From sequence record OZ035790.1: a DNA stretch of 64,000 bases. The stretch is one strand, 5' to 3'. This DNA is from Felixounavirus LF110P4. Shown in pieces: positions 36,170-46,463 of the stretch. Below the pieces are notes generated by a model. The model searched no databases. It saw only the letters and a program-made list of their open reading frames with translations, and was not told the origin of the DNA. Each line of letters opens with the position of its first letter. Position 1 is the first letter of the stretch. The position numbers and the translations under genes are program-made.

Positions 36170-36196
36170 AGCCTCCTTAGTTGGGGGCTTTTTAGT
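36170..36196 (+). terminator. intrinsic terminator
   Basis: aagcctcc-ttagtt-gggggctt hairpin then TTTTT. Confidence 0.5.
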
Positions 36197-36212
36197 AATT
36201 AAGGGAGATAGA

Positions 36213-36956
36213 ATGAGTAATATTATCGCATTTACTGGAAAGGCACGCTCTGGAAAAGACACCTCATGTTCTATTGTGAAGAACATCTTAGAGGATGAGT
36301 ACGGCTACAATGTTGCTGTAATGGCCTTTGCAGACAACCTTAAAATGTCTGCATCAAAGATATTTGACCTGACTTGGAATGACCTGTATGGTGAAACTAA
36401 AGAGACTCCACAGGTATTTGACTTATCATATCCTGAACTGATGTTTAAAGTTACGGAAGCTATGGAGTTCACCTTCAGAGATGAACGTTACCATATGGAC
36501 TTCAAGCTTATGTCAGAGTTAACCGGACGATTAATCATGGAGCTTAAGAAGGTTGCTAAACCGACTCTATTGACACGTCTGGGGTTTAGTAAAAAGTATA
36601 AATTCTCATCAAGACAAATTCAACAGATTTGGGGTACTGAAGTTGTCCGTAAAGTAATGGGCGACAAGTTCTGGTCTAAAGACCTTGAAAAAAGAATGGT
36701 TAGATTCCATGAAATGTGCTCACTTAGAAATCAATATGGTTTTGTCTTAATCAGTGATTTAAGATTTGACTCTGAAGCTGAATGGCTGAGTAGATTTGCA
36801 CACCAAACTATTGAAGTAAAAAGAGACAATGTGGACAAAGTTTCATCACATGTTTCAGAAAATGGGATTTCTACAAAATATGAGCGTGACATTATTCATA
36901 ATAATGGTACTCTTGCAGACCTTGAGAACAAGCTAAGAGCCATCATTAAAGTTTAA
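36213..36956 (+). CDS. deoxynucleoside monophosphate kinase (T4 gp1-like)
   Basis: N-terminal P-loop IAFTGKARSGKDT and C-terminal HNNGTLADLENKLRAIIK resemble T4 dNMP kinase. Confidence 0.7.
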   Translation: MSNIIAFTGKARSGKDTSCSIVKNILEDEYGYNVAVMAFADNLKMSASKIFDLTWNDLYGETKETPQVFDLSYPELMFKVTEAMEFTFRDERYHMDFKLMSELTGRLIMELKKVAKPTLLTRLGFSKKYKFSSRQIQQIWGTEVVRKVMGDKFWSKDLEKRMVRFHEMCSLRNQYGFVLISDLRFDSEAEWLSRFAHQTIEVKRDNVDKVSSHVSENGISTKYERDIIHNNGTLADLENKLRAIIKV

Positions 36957-36964
36957 AAGAGAGA

Positions 36965-37165
36965 ATGAAGATGAGAGTAAAAGACAATTTTAAAGTTATT
37001 GACCACCGTTTAGTGGAACTCTCATCTCTTTCCAATGAGGTAATGATTGAACGTCTTAAGAGAGTTGAATCACGAAGGAAAGAGATTGCAGATGAAATTC
37101 ATGAACTGGACAAGATTGAAAACGGATTGAAGGCAGAACTACAACGAAGAGGTGCTAATGTCTAA
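36965..37165 (+). CDS. hypothetical coiled-coil protein
   Basis: 66 aa ORF. Confidence 0.35.
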   Translation: MKMRVKDNFKVIDHRLVELSSLSNEVMIERLKRVESRRKEIADEIHELDKIENGLKAELQRRGANV

Positions 37166-39143
37166 AGGTCGTAAATTGAAAGAGGCTGGTCAGTTTGTTG
37201 GTCATTGCGCATGTCCACGTTGTGGTTCATCAGATGCTGGTTCAATCTATCATCATGACGATGATTCTTATTCAATGACTTGCTTTAGTTGTAACAAAGG
37301 TTTCCCAGAGTGGGATTTTGATAAAGGACAAATCGTGAGCACTTATTCTACTGGTTCAGACAATAAAAACCGTACTTTCCGTGGAATGGATTTAGACGAT
37401 GTAAAAGAAAACCTTGAAGCAATGGACTTAAAAGACAGGAAGATTCCTGCAAAAGTTCTTGAGCGATTGGGTATCAAGGTTGACATTGACAGTGACGGTG
37501 AAATTGACGCACATTTCTACCCAACTTACAAACGCAATGAAGATGGCAAGCTAGAGCATGTTGGCTACCGTGTTCGGCACCGTTACCCAGAAGACCATCC
37601 AAAAGAGCACCTACGTGGTAAGTTAAAAGACTTTTCTGGTGGTGTTGGAGACATTAAAGGTGAGCTGGCAATGTTCGGTTCATGGATTGCTCCAGAAGGT
37701 GGTAACCGTCTATTCATCTGGGAAGGTGAGATGGAATGTGCGACAGCAATCTATATGACTTCTCTTGCGATTAAAGACAAGTCTCGTCGTAAGAATTACT
37801 GTCACGTATCTGTTCCATCAGGTGCAAACATCAAGTCTATCAAAGATAACTATCAGTACATTACATCATTTGATGAAATTTACTTGTGCTTTGATAACGA
37901 TGAAGCAGGTGCTAAAGCCACTAAAGAGGCTGCTGGTATCCTACCTATTGAGAAGGTTCGTTTATTCCAGTATCCAGAAGGTGTAAAAGACCTTAACGAA
38001 TGGTGGACAAAGTTCTATAAAGAGAAAGACACAGTTCTGGAAGGATTTAAGCAGCGTATCTACAATGCACCTCGTTACTGTCCTGCTGGTATCAAGAACT
38101 TTGCAGACGGTTTTGAGGCAATGAAGAATCGTGGTCAGATTCCATTGATTCCTTTCCCAGAATCTTTCGGGGATTTGAACAGACTGACTTATGGTGGTTA
38201 CGGTTTAGGCGAGATTACGACTATTGCAGCACCATCTTCAGTAGGTAAGTCAGCTTACACTCGTGAGATGATTTATTCAGCTTGGAAAGAGACTGAATAC
38301 AACATCGGTGTAATTCCGGTAGAGGATACCTATGAAGAGTTGATGGAGATGCTCTGTGCAATCCACCTGAGCAAGCAGATTTCTGAGATTCCTTATGATG
38401 AACGAGATTGGGATGAATTAAAGGGAGCACACGCCGAGCTTTCAAAAGGTCGTCGCATTCATATCGTTGACCATCAAGGGGCAATTGACCAAGATAACCT
38501 GCTGGAGTTTGTTGACTATCTTGTTAATAGTTTAGACTGTAAGATTATCATTCTTGACCCTATTACGTTGGCTCTGTCACGTTCTGATACGGATGAAGAA
38601 GAAGTCTTGTCTGAGTTATTGCGTCGTTGCAAACGCTACCAGTATGCGCAGGTAAACGTATGTCACGTTCGTAAGAGTGCAGGTGGTCAGAAAGCTAACT
38701 CTGAAGGTGGGGATATCTCTGAAGAGGATATCAAGGGTTCTGGTGCGTATTTCCAGATTTCCATGAATAATATTTTGTTAATGCGTAACAAGGTTGACCC
38801 AGACCCTGTTAAGAAAAACTTGACAAAAATCAAGTTAACTAAGTGTCGTCGTCATGGTAAGTCAACAGGTATTGCTGGTCATACTTGGTACAATCCAGAT
38901 ACAGGTCGTCTTATCAAAGCTTCTGGATGTGGTGTTGACATTGATGGTGCAGCAGAAAATATTCGTCAACAGTTTGGTATTGGCGAAGCTGAAGACCATT
39001 ATGATGACTCTTTGCCACATTATGAGGATGAAGTGTTTGACCGTGAGACTGGTGAAGTCTATACTGAAGAGCAGCGTCAAAGCTCAACGATTCCACCTGT
39101 ATTAAGTGAGGATGCAGATGACTGCCCGTTCGAAACTGAGTGA
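37158..39143 (+). CDS. DNA primase-helicase (T7 gp4-like)
   Basis: zinc ribbon CPRCGSSD ... CFSCNKG; TOPRIM-like CFDNDEAG; helicase Walker A APSSVGKSAY and Walker B IIILDP; ATG 37158 with gaggtg RBS. Confidence 0.85.
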   Translation: MSKGRKLKEAGQFVGHCACPRCGSSDAGSIYHHDDDSYSMTCFSCNKGFPEWDFDKGQIVSTYSTGSDNKNRTFRGMDLDDVKENLEAMDLKDRKIPAKVLERLGIKVDIDSDGEIDAHFYPTYKRNEDGKLEHVGYRVRHRYPEDHPKEHLRGKLKDFSGGVGDIKGELAMFGSWIAPEGGNRLFIWEGEMECATAIYMTSLAIKDKSRRKNYCHVSVPSGANIKSIKDNYQYITSFDEIYLCFDNDEAGAKATKEAAGILPIEKVRLFQYPEGVKDLNEWWTKFYKEKDTVLEGFKQRIYNAPRYCPAGIKNFADGFEAMKNRGQIPLIPFPESFGDLNRLTYGGYGLGEITTIAAPSSVGKSAYTREMIYSAWKETEYNIGVIPVEDTYEELMEMLCAIHLSKQISEIPYDERDWDELKGAHAELSKGRRIHIVDHQGAIDQDNLLEFVDYLVNSLDCKIIILDPITLALSRSDTDEEEVLSELLRRCKRYQYAQVNVCHVRKSAGGQKANSEGGDISEEDIKGSGAYFQISMNNILLMRNKVDPDPVKKNLTKIKLTKCRRHGKSTGIAGHTWYNPDTGRLIKASGCGVDIDGAAENIRQQFGIGEAEDHYDDSLPHYEDEVFDRETGEVYTEEQRQSSTIPPVLSEDADDCPFETE

Positions 39144-39399
39144 TAGTTATAAAAGAGAGGGGTTCACACCCTTCTTTGAAGAAAAAAGTTTAAATAAATT
39201 TCAGGAAGAGTGTTTGACAAAGATTGATAGGTTCTATAGAATGCTCTACATGAAATGTGATGGAGGTGTTGAGGTAGAAGAAAAGTTCCATCACAGCATA
39301 ATCACAGTCACTATTACTACACCTAAACATAATATTGGTTGGCTGTTTGTAATAAAAGAAAATGTGTTTGAATATCAAGTATATCGGAGAATATCATGA
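39118..39399 (+). CDS. hypothetical protein
   Basis: track ORF 39106..39399 trimmed to ATG 39118; overlaps primase-helicase 3' end. Confidence 0.35.
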   Translation: MTARSKLSDSYKREGFTPFFEEKSLNKFQEECLTKIDRFYRMLYMKCDGGVEVEEKFHHSIITVTITTPKHNIGWLFVIKENVFEYQVYRRIS

Positions 39400-39545
39400 A
39401 ACACTCTAAAGCATTTGAAAAAGTTTTTGGGGATTCCTTAAAAGCCACTGCTGGAAAACCAGCAAAATACTATGAAGAAAAACGTGTAAGAACTGGAAAA
39501 ACTGCACGTAAAGCAGCTTCTAAAGATAAGCACAACTTCCAGTAA
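39396..39545 (+). CDS. small lysine-rich protein (49 aa, absent from the >=60 aa track)
   Basis: ATG 39396 preceded by ggaga RBS; MKHSKAFEKVFGDSLKATAGKPAKYYEEKRVRTGKTARKAASKDKHNFQ. Confidence 0.45.
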   Translation: MKHSKAFEKVFGDSLKATAGKPAKYYEEKRVRTGKTARKAASKDKHNFQ

Positions 39546-39552
39546 TTAGTGT

Positions 39553-39581
39553 TTGACAATAGAGTATCAACAAACTAGAAT
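39553..39581 (+). promoter_or_regulatory. sigma70-like promoter (TTGACA-17-TAGAAT)
   Basis: ttgaca 39553-39558, tagaat 39576-39581, upstream of the SSB-like gene. Confidence 0.5.
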
Positions 39582-39617
39582 TGGTACTCTTCATAAATTG
39601 AGATAGAGGTTTAAATA

Positions 39618-40475
39618 ATGTCTAAAGTTGTTAAAATGAAAGCTCCGGTAGAGAAGTACAACGGTACTGAACGCCAAACTCTGCGTTACCTGCTGAAAGA
39701 TGTCTGGTTTTATTACCTGAACACTTCACCACGTCCGGGAAAAGGTAAATCCATTGATAAGAAATTCCCAGGAAAAGACTGTAACTACAGCGTATCAATT
39801 CTGGCAGAAGACGGTAACAAGCTCTTTAAAGAGTTTACTAAGTCTAAGAAGAACCCAGAAGGTTGGGATAAAGTTACTACTGAAGCAGTTGATGCAGATG
39901 ACTTCGAAGAGAAGTTTGGTTGCAAACCACCATTTGAAGCAGACACTTACTACATCTTGAAAGTAAGTCGTGCAGCAGCTTATAAAGATGGTGCTGTGTG
40001 GACAGCTAAACAGTCATTCCCTGTAATGCTGATTGAAGAAGTAAATGGTAAACGTGTAGCTGTTAAACAGCCGATGAAGAAAATCAAAGCTCAAGCATCC
40101 GATAAACATGAAGATGACAAGAACTATGATGTAATTCATCCAGATATTGCAGTTGGTAACGGTTCTTTTGGTAGTGTGATTCTTTCTACTCACTTCTACA
40201 CTTTTGAGAACAATGTTCTGACAAAACCTATTCAGGAACAGTTTATCATTGATACTCTTGTCCCTTACACTGGTGGTAATGGTGCTAACGGTGAACCTGA
40301 ACTGGATGAAGATGAACTGGCTATGCTTGGTCTTGATGGTGTTGAAGATAACGGTGAAATCACTGAAGAAGACGCAAAAGACCACAAACCTTCGAACGAT
40401 TCTGATGATGGTGATGATGAAGATTTGCCAGACCCAGATGACGAAGAAGATGAAGACTTCGATACAGAAGACTAA
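39618..40475 (+). CDS. single-stranded DNA-binding protein (T7 gp2.5-like, acidic C-terminal tail)
   Basis: 285 aa, biased codon usage; extremely acidic C-terminus DDGDDEDLPDPDDEEDEDFDTED; replication module context. Confidence 0.55.
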   Translation: MSKVVKMKAPVEKYNGTERQTLRYLLKDVWFYYLNTSPRPGKGKSIDKKFPGKDCNYSVSILAEDGNKLFKEFTKSKKNPEGWDKVTTEAVDADDFEEKFGCKPPFEADTYYILKVSRAAAYKDGAVWTAKQSFPVMLIEEVNGKRVAVKQPMKKIKAQASDKHEDDKNYDVIHPDIAVGNGSFGSVILSTHFYTFENNVLTKPIQEQFIIDTLVPYTGGNGANGEPELDEDELAMLGLDGVEDNGEITEEDAKDHKPSNDSDDGDDEDLPDPDDEEDEDFDTED

Positions 40476-40493
40476 TCTCTAAAAGTTACTTTA

Positions 40494-40522
40494 AAGCCCT
40501 GTACTTAGTATGGGGCTTTTTC
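40494..40522 (+). terminator. intrinsic terminator
   Basis: aaagccc-loop-gggcttt hairpin then TTTTT. Confidence 0.55.
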
Positions 40523-40537
40523 ATATGGAGAGTCACA

Positions 40538-41584
40538 ATGGAGAAGTACACATTAAAAAAACTTCCCGATTCAGTTACACATGTCTTTATTGACTCTGAC
40601 AGTATTGCCTATAAAGGTGCTTGTGTAGTTGAGAAAGCAAAATATAAATATGTCAATAAACTCACAGCAGAAGAATCTGAATCATTTGATAATGCAAAAG
40701 ATGCTGCAAGATGGTTAGCAGACCAGAGAATCCTTGTAGAAGAGCTTGGCCTAGCATTTGATGAAGATGAATGGGAAAGACAGACTTGGAAAGAAGCTAA
40801 GAGTGAAAAAGAAGCTATCATGGCTACTCAGCAGGTTCTTCAGGAATGGCTTAAGGTTGTTGGTAAAGAAAGAACTTGGGTAGGTTATTTAACAGAGAAA
40901 GGTGTGCATAAACATAAAGACATTAAAGGTCTTGAGCACCAATATCAAGGGAACCGTAAAGATGCTGTCACACCAACACACTTAGTTGCTTGTCGTGAAT
41001 ACCTTCTGTCAAGACCAGAGTTCAAATTGATTCTTGATGGATTTGAAGCTGACTCTATCGTTATTGCTAAAGCTGAAAAGATGGGTAAAAAGGCTGCCTT
41101 AATGAGTATTGATAAAGACCTTCGCCAAGCTGAAGGGACTTACTGCATTGATATGACCTATGAAAAGTCGCCTTTGATTTTCATTGCTGATAACAACGTA
41201 GGTGAAATTTGGGATTGCCCAATAAAATCGACACCAAAAGCTAAGAAGACAGTTGGGGTAGGTTTTAAATTTCTTTGCTATCAAGCCGTGGCTGGTGATA
41301 ATGCGGATAATTATTTTGGCTTAAAGGGTGTTGGCAAGGTTACTATAATGAAAGCCCTTGAAGGCAAAACCACCTACAAAGAGTGTCTTGATGCAATTTA
41401 TGAGCTTTATGCTAAGAAAGAGTCATACACTTATATCTCGTGGGATGGTCAAACAATTACCAGAACACCTTTAGAGTTAATGCAGCAACACTTTTTCTTA
41501 GCTTATCAGGAAAGAAACAAGAAAGATGATTTCACTTTTGATAAGTATGGATGGACACCAAATGTTAACCCAACAAACTCTTAA
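40538..41584 (+). CDS. 5'-3' exonuclease / flap endonuclease (RNase H-like)
   Basis: N-terminal acidic PIN-like FIDSDSIAY; H3TH-like GLKGVGKVTIMKAL. Confidence 0.6.
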   Translation: MEKYTLKKLPDSVTHVFIDSDSIAYKGACVVEKAKYKYVNKLTAEESESFDNAKDAARWLADQRILVEELGLAFDEDEWERQTWKEAKSEKEAIMATQQVLQEWLKVVGKERTWVGYLTEKGVHKHKDIKGLEHQYQGNRKDAVTPTHLVACREYLLSRPEFKLILDGFEADSIVIAKAEKMGKKAALMSIDKDLRQAEGTYCIDMTYEKSPLIFIADNNVGEIWDCPIKSTPKAKKTVGVGFKFLCYQAVAGDNADNYFGLKGVGKVTIMKALEGKTTYKECLDAIYELYAKKESYTYISWDGQTITRTPLELMQQHFFLAYQERNKKDDFTFDKYGWTPNVNPTNS

Positions 41585-42053
41585 AGAATACCTACACTAT
41601 GACCCCGAAACAGGGGTCTTTACTTGGATTAAGAAGTCTGCTAGACACACAAAAATTGGCTCTGTTGCAGGTACAAACTTAAGAGGGTACACCAGAATTT
41701 ATTTGTTTGGTAAGGGTTATTATGCACATACTCTAGCTGTTCTGTATATGGATGGATACCTACCTGAGTGTGTTGACCATAAAAATCATGTAACACTAGA
41801 CAATCGATGGGTAAATCTTAGGGCATGTACATTATCAGAGAACCAATGCAATAGGTTGCTCAATAAGAACAATAAATCAGGTGTTAAAGGTGTGTACTAC
41901 AAAAAACAGTATGGTAAGTGGTCTACACAGATAACTTTTAAGAAGAAAGTTTACTTCTTCGGAAACTATGACACTATTGATGAAGCAGCAGAGGTTGTAA
42001 ATAGGGAACGCCAACGTTTACACAAAGAGTTTGCTAATAAAGGTGATGAATGA
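41547..42053 (+). CDS. HNH homing endonuclease with AP2 domain
   Basis: YDPETGVFTW, HNH_3-like VDHKNHVTLDNRWVNLR, AP2-like GVKGVYYKKQYGKWSTQITF; paralog of the 31446 and 55269 genes. Confidence 0.75.
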   Translation: MDGHQMLTQQTLKEYLHYDPETGVFTWIKKSARHTKIGSVAGTNLRGYTRIYLFGKGYYAHTLAVLYMDGYLPECVDHKNHVTLDNRWVNLRACTLSENQCNRLLNKNNKSGVKGVYYKKQYGKWSTQITFKKKVYFFGNYDTIDEAAEVVNRERQRLHKEFANKGDE

Positions 42054-42550
42054 GAAAAATAAAAGGTTTTGGCAATTGCCCTGAATATGGACATTGGGTT
42101 TCACTATGTGGTGAAGTTGACCCAGCAAAGCACTTTGGTTTTGTCTACCTAGTATACTGCAAAAAGACCGGACAGTACTATTTGGGTAAGAAACAGCTTA
42201 ACAGTGTGACCAAAAGAAAAGTTGCTGGGAAGACTCGGAAGAAGGTAGTCACTAAGGAGAGTGATTGGATGACTTATGAGACTTCTTCTGAGTATATTAA
42301 AAAAGATATTGAGAGCTTTGGAAAAGAATTTTTTGACTTTTACATTATCCAAACCTACTACACAAAAGGTGGCCTAGTCTATGGTGAAGCAAACCTTCAA
42401 CATAAATTCGATGTAATGACAAAAAGGATTGACTCTAAGCTCAGACTCTTCTACAATGCCAACATTGCAGCAATTAAGTTTATCACTAAAGAAACTTATG
42501 AAGATGCTGAAAAAAGAATCCATAAGGTAATGAAAGCGAATTGTGCTTGA
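42050..42550 (+). CDS. hypothetical protein, possible GIY-YIG-like nuclease
   Basis: FGFVYLVYCKKTGQYYLGKK loosely resembles a GIY-YIG motif. Confidence 0.3.
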   Translation: MRKIKGFGNCPEYGHWVSLCGEVDPAKHFGFVYLVYCKKTGQYYLGKKQLNSVTKRKVAGKTRKKVVTKESDWMTYETSSEYIKKDIESFGKEFFDFYIIQTYYTKGGLVYGEANLQHKFDVMTKRIDSKLRLFYNANIAAIKFITKETYEDAEKRIHKVMKANCA

Positions 42551-42571
42551 TAACTATTGAGAGAGAATAAA

Positions 42572-42802
42572 ATGTTTAACAAAAGTAAAGCTGTGAGTCA
42601 TGTAGCAAAGGTTGACAGCAAGATTGAAGAACTTGAGCGCATTCTTGCAAATGCCAGAGAGTCAATAATTAAAGAAGTTGAAGCTGTTGAATCTCAAATG
42701 CAACACCTAATGCTTAAACGTCAAGAGTTACGTGAGCATCTGGAATATATTGAAACACGAGAGCTAAAGGTTAACAGATTTTTAAGGAGTCCAAATGTTT
42801 AA
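42572..42802 (+). CDS. hypothetical coiled-coil protein
   Basis: track ORF 42557..42802 trimmed to first ATG. Confidence 0.35.
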   Translation: MFNKSKAVSHVAKVDSKIEELERILANARESIIKEVEAVESQMQHLMLKRQELREHLEYIETRELKVNRFLRSPNV

Positions 42803-43550
42803 CTCAAGAGAAGCAGTAAAAAACTGGAATCTTCGTTGTGGAAACACTCAAAAGCAACCTTACAGTGATGAGTATTGGGAATCTTTAAAATCCCAGTCTC
42901 TGTGTATGCTTGAAGAAGCAAAAGAGCTTGTAAAAGCAATTGAAGAGAAAGACCCCATTGAGACACTGGATGCTCAGGCAGATTTGCAATATGTTCTTGA
43001 TGGTCTGATTTATCTGTCACAACATGACCATAACGGTGCTATGAAAGCTGTTTGCCATAATAATGACCTGAAGTACACAGATGACTATGAAGAAGCTTTA
43101 AAGCGTCTTGTAGATGTTGAGAAGCGTACTGGTCAAGAGTGTATCATCAGAATGTCAGTGGTTGATGGTAAAGAGTGGTATGCGATTGTCCGTGCAGCCG
43201 ATGGGAAGATTATGAAGCAATCAAACCTCCCTAAAGTGCAGCTTGGTGAATACATTGTAGAGCTTGAAAGCCAAGAACTTTTTGTGGTAGTATCTGAGAC
43301 ATGCGTTATCTGCAAAGGTATTGTAGGTAGCTTAAAGGATTTGGGTGTAGATGGTTTTGTAGAAGTTAATCCAATTACCTCTAAAGCAGATAAAGATTTC
43401 TGTAAAGAGAATGGACTATGGATTGCAGATATTGTCTACTATGATGGTGAGCAGTTCCATGTAACCTCATACCCGAAACTGAATTATGATGCTAATAACC
43501 TGAAGTGCTGGTTAAAAGGGGTTGGTTATAATGGATTCACAGAACATTAA
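42795..43550 (+). CDS. hypothetical protein (N-terminal region with weak MazG-like acidic helices)
   Basis: 251 aa; EEAKELVKAIEE ... DLQYVLDGL pattern only weakly suggestive. Confidence 0.3.
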   Translation: MFNSREAVKNWNLRCGNTQKQPYSDEYWESLKSQSLCMLEEAKELVKAIEEKDPIETLDAQADLQYVLDGLIYLSQHDHNGAMKAVCHNNDLKYTDDYEEALKRLVDVEKRTGQECIIRMSVVDGKEWYAIVRAADGKIMKQSNLPKVQLGEYIVELESQELFVVVSETCVICKGIVGSLKDLGVDGFVEVNPITSKADKDFCKENGLWIADIVYYDGEQFHVTSYPKLNYDANNLKCWLKGVGYNGFTEH

Positions 43551-43854
43551 TAAAGAGGGTGTGGCTCAGAAGAGCCACTTCTCAAACTACAATATTTCTA
43601 TGACGGTGTTTATGAATGACCCGTTACTAGAAAAATATGGTGAGACTCCAGATACACTTCTGGACAATGAACAAGTTTTAAAAGCAGTCCTGTACAAATA
43701 TGGGATTGATATTGAGAAAGAGTATTCTTTTGAAATCTGCCAACACAGGAATACTTTCGGTAAAGTTGTGATGGCTCCGCTCTTTATGGGTGTAGAAAGG
43801 ACTGACTATGGTTGGCTGTATCTGAAAAGAAACTTGGAGAAATACCGTGTTTAA
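43531..43854 (+). CDS. hypothetical protein
   Basis: track ORF 43522..43854 (TTG) trimmed to ATG 43531. Confidence 0.35.
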   Translation: MDSQNINKEGVAQKSHFSNYNISMTVFMNDPLLEKYGETPDTLLDNEQVLKAVLYKYGIDIEKEYSFEICQHRNTFGKVVMAPLFMGVERTDYGWLYLKRNLEKYRV

Positions 43855-44182
43855 AGCAAAAAAGCTATCTTATGATGATATCATTTCTGGCGCTAAATTA
43901 GGTGTTGACAGTCTCGGACAAGACGTTAAACACGGAGACACAGTGATGTACTGTGATGACCGAAGAGGAAGAAGTGCAATCTTGTTTGGAAAAGTTGTAT
44001 GTAAAATACGCGGTAATTATGTTGTTTCAGATATGGATGTCAACGTCGCACAAAAGCTCAAAACAATCATGGATAGCAAGATTTCATCATGGCTCTTAAA
44101 TTGTATGCACGCATCGTCAATCACAAAGGTAAGTGATAAGTTTTACGATATGTGGCAGAATGAGCAAATTTTCAAGATTTAA
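43847..44182 (+). CDS. hypothetical protein
   Basis: 111 aa ORF followed by terminator. Confidence 0.35.
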   Translation: MFKAKKLSYDDIISGAKLGVDSLGQDVKHGDTVMYCDDRRGRSAILFGKVVCKIRGNYVVSDMDVNVAQKLKTIMDSKISSWLLNCMHASSITKVSDKFYDMWQNEQIFKI

Positions 44183-44187
44183 ACTAG

Positions 44188-44212
44188 GGAGCCTCTTCGG
44201 AGGCTCTTTTCA
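44188..44212 (+). terminator. intrinsic terminator (UUCG tetraloop)
   Basis: gagcctc-ttcg-gaggctc then TTTT. Confidence 0.65.
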
Positions 44213-44228
44213 TCTGTAGGATTTAAAA

Positions 44229-46463
44229 ATGATTAAGACAATTAAAAAATCAAACGGTACAGTAGTAAGCTTTGACCCAGAAAGACTGAATAAATGGGCA
44301 TCATGGGCAGATAAGCGTGGAATTATCTGGTCAGAAGTCACTATGGAAGCTATGAAACGTGTCTATGAAGGTTGCACTACAAAAGAGATGCACCAAGCCA
44401 TGATTGATGTTTGTGTTGATAAACAAACTCAAGAGTACTCAGATATGGCTGGACGGCTACTTCTAGGAATTATCTACAAAGAAGCCTTTGGAGGCTTTAC
44501 TAAGGTTCCTACGCTGGTTACCTTCGTTAAAAATATGGAGAGAGCAGGACTTTGGGAGAAGATGGACTATTCTCAGGAAGAGCTTGAATACCTGCAAGGG
44601 TACATTGTGCACTCAAAAGATATCTCTTATGGTTATGCAGTCCTGAAACAGTTCAGAGACAAGTATGGTATCCGTGATATTAAAACTGGAAGACTTTTTG
44701 AGTCACCACAATTTATGTTTATGGGTATGGCTATGAAAGCCTTTGAGAAGCAACCAAAGCACCGTAGACTGCAAGATGTTATCAAGCTGTACACTTACCT
44801 ATCTGACCTGAAGATTAACGCTCCTACGCCCTATTTAAACGGTTTAAGAGCAACTAAATCGGGCTATGCGTCATGCTGTTTGATTAAGGCAAATGACACT
44901 GCTGAATCACTTGGTATTGCTGCAAAGGTTGCTTATGATATGACTACAAAGCAAGCTGGTATCGGTATGCTGATGGAGACTCGCACTATTGGTGATGGTA
45001 TCCGTCAAAACACTATCGAACACATGGGTAAACTGCCTTATTACAAGCTTGTACGTTCATCTGTAGAGGCAAACAAACAGAAGAGTCGTGGTGGTTCAGC
45101 TAATAACTTCTACACTGCTCTAGACCCGCAGATTGAAGATTTACTGCGTTTGAAGCACCCTACAACGGTTCCTTCTAAACGTATTAATGAGATGGACTAC
45201 TCATTCGGCACAAACGATTATTTCTGGCAGTGTGTTCAGTATGATACAGATTGGTTGCTATTCTCTTACAAAGATGCACCAAAACTCTATGACATGTTCT
45301 ACACAGCATCTGCTGATGAGTTTGCTATGGCAGTTGGTCACGCAGTACATTCAGGAGTTAAGCACAGACGAGTCAAGGCTCGTGAAATTGCTAAGCTGTT
45401 TATTCAACAGCGTTATGCTACAGGTCGTGTGTATCCATTCTTCACTAACAATGCAAACACACATACACCATTTAAAGAACCATTGAAGATGTCAAATCTT
45501 TGTATGGAAATTGTGTTGCCAGTGTATGGTTTTGAGAAAGAGACAGACCTTTACAGAGACGATGCTGTGAAAGAGGATGGTGAGGTGGCTCTTTGCTTCC
45601 TAGCTAGTTTGGTTGCAGGGAGAATTTCAGAAGATGAATACGCTGACGTTGCTTATTATGCTCTTGCAATGGTTGACTCCGTTATTGACCTTATGGATTA
45701 TCCGTATCCGTCGATGTGTAACCATGTTCAGAAGCGTCGTTCTGTTGGGATTGGCCTTACAAATGTGGCTCATTACCTTGCGAAGAACTACGTGAACTAC
45801 TCTTCACGAGCAGGTAAAACGAAACTTCATGAACTTGCAGAGATGCACTCTTACTATCTGCATGAAGCCTCGCTGAGACTTGCTAAAGAGCGTGGCGTTC
45901 CAGAGTACATGAAGTTCACTAAGTATCCTGAAGGCTGGGTTCCTCCAAAGACAGCTAACAAGAAGATTGATGAGAAGCATGATGCAAAACTGAGATATGA
46001 TTGGGATGACTTAGCACAACGTATCAAAGAAAACGGTGGCATCCGAAACTCTGTACTTGAGGCTTATATGCCTAATGAGAGTTCTTCACTGGCAACTAAT
46101 ACGACAAATGGCTTGTACCCAATTCGTGACTTTATTTTAACTAAAAAGTCTGCAACTGGTAACGTGCTGTTTATTGTTCCAGATTATGAAGAGTTGAAGT
46201 ATGTATATGAAATTGCTTGGGGTATTGACACCTTTGACCTGATTGATTGTTATGCAATTGTTCAAAAGTTCACTGGTCAAGCTATCTCTTCAGATTTCTA
46301 TGTTGACTACGCAAAAGCTAAGAAGGTATCATTGGCTCAAGCTTTGAAGTACATGATTTATGCCAACTCGGTAGGTATGAAAACCATGTACTACCTTAAC
46401 AGTCGCATTGGTGTAGGTAAATCTGCACTGCAAGATGCTTATTGCGAGGGCTGTGGTGTTTAG
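44229..46463 (+). CDS. nrdA: ribonucleoside-diphosphate reductase alpha subunit (class Ia)
   Basis: N-terminal ATP-cone; catalytic NLCMEIVLP; C-terminal cysteine pair CEGCG; 744 aa colinear. Confidence 0.9.
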   Translation: MIKTIKKSNGTVVSFDPERLNKWASWADKRGIIWSEVTMEAMKRVYEGCTTKEMHQAMIDVCVDKQTQEYSDMAGRLLLGIIYKEAFGGFTKVPTLVTFVKNMERAGLWEKMDYSQEELEYLQGYIVHSKDISYGYAVLKQFRDKYGIRDIKTGRLFESPQFMFMGMAMKAFEKQPKHRRLQDVIKLYTYLSDLKINAPTPYLNGLRATKSGYASCCLIKANDTAESLGIAAKVAYDMTTKQAGIGMLMETRTIGDGIRQNTIEHMGKLPYYKLVRSSVEANKQKSRGGSANNFYTALDPQIEDLLRLKHPTTVPSKRINEMDYSFGTNDYFWQCVQYDTDWLLFSYKDAPKLYDMFYTASADEFAMAVGHAVHSGVKHRRVKAREIAKLFIQQRYATGRVYPFFTNNANTHTPFKEPLKMSNLCMEIVLPVYGFEKETDLYRDDAVKEDGEVALCFLASLVAGRISEDEYADVAYYALAMVDSVIDLMDYPYPSMCNHVQKRRSVGIGLTNVAHYLAKNYVNYSSRAGKTKLHELAEMHSYYLHEASLRLAKERGVPEYMKFTKYPEGWVPPKTANKKIDEKHDAKLRYDWDDLAQRIKENGGIRNSVLEAYMPNESSSLATNTTNGLYPIRDFILTKKSATGNVLFIVPDYEELKYVYEIAWGIDTFDLIDCYAIVQKFTGQAISSDFYVDYAKAKKVSLAQALKYMIYANSVGMKTMYYLNSRIGVGKSALQDAYCEGCGV

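Noticed and set aside
42795-43550. MazG-like nucleotide pyrophosphohydrolase assignment for the 251-aa protein
   Set aside because: Only a loose pattern of acidic helices; the characteristic EExxE...D metal-binding spacing could not be confirmed by eye, so it is left as hypothetical.
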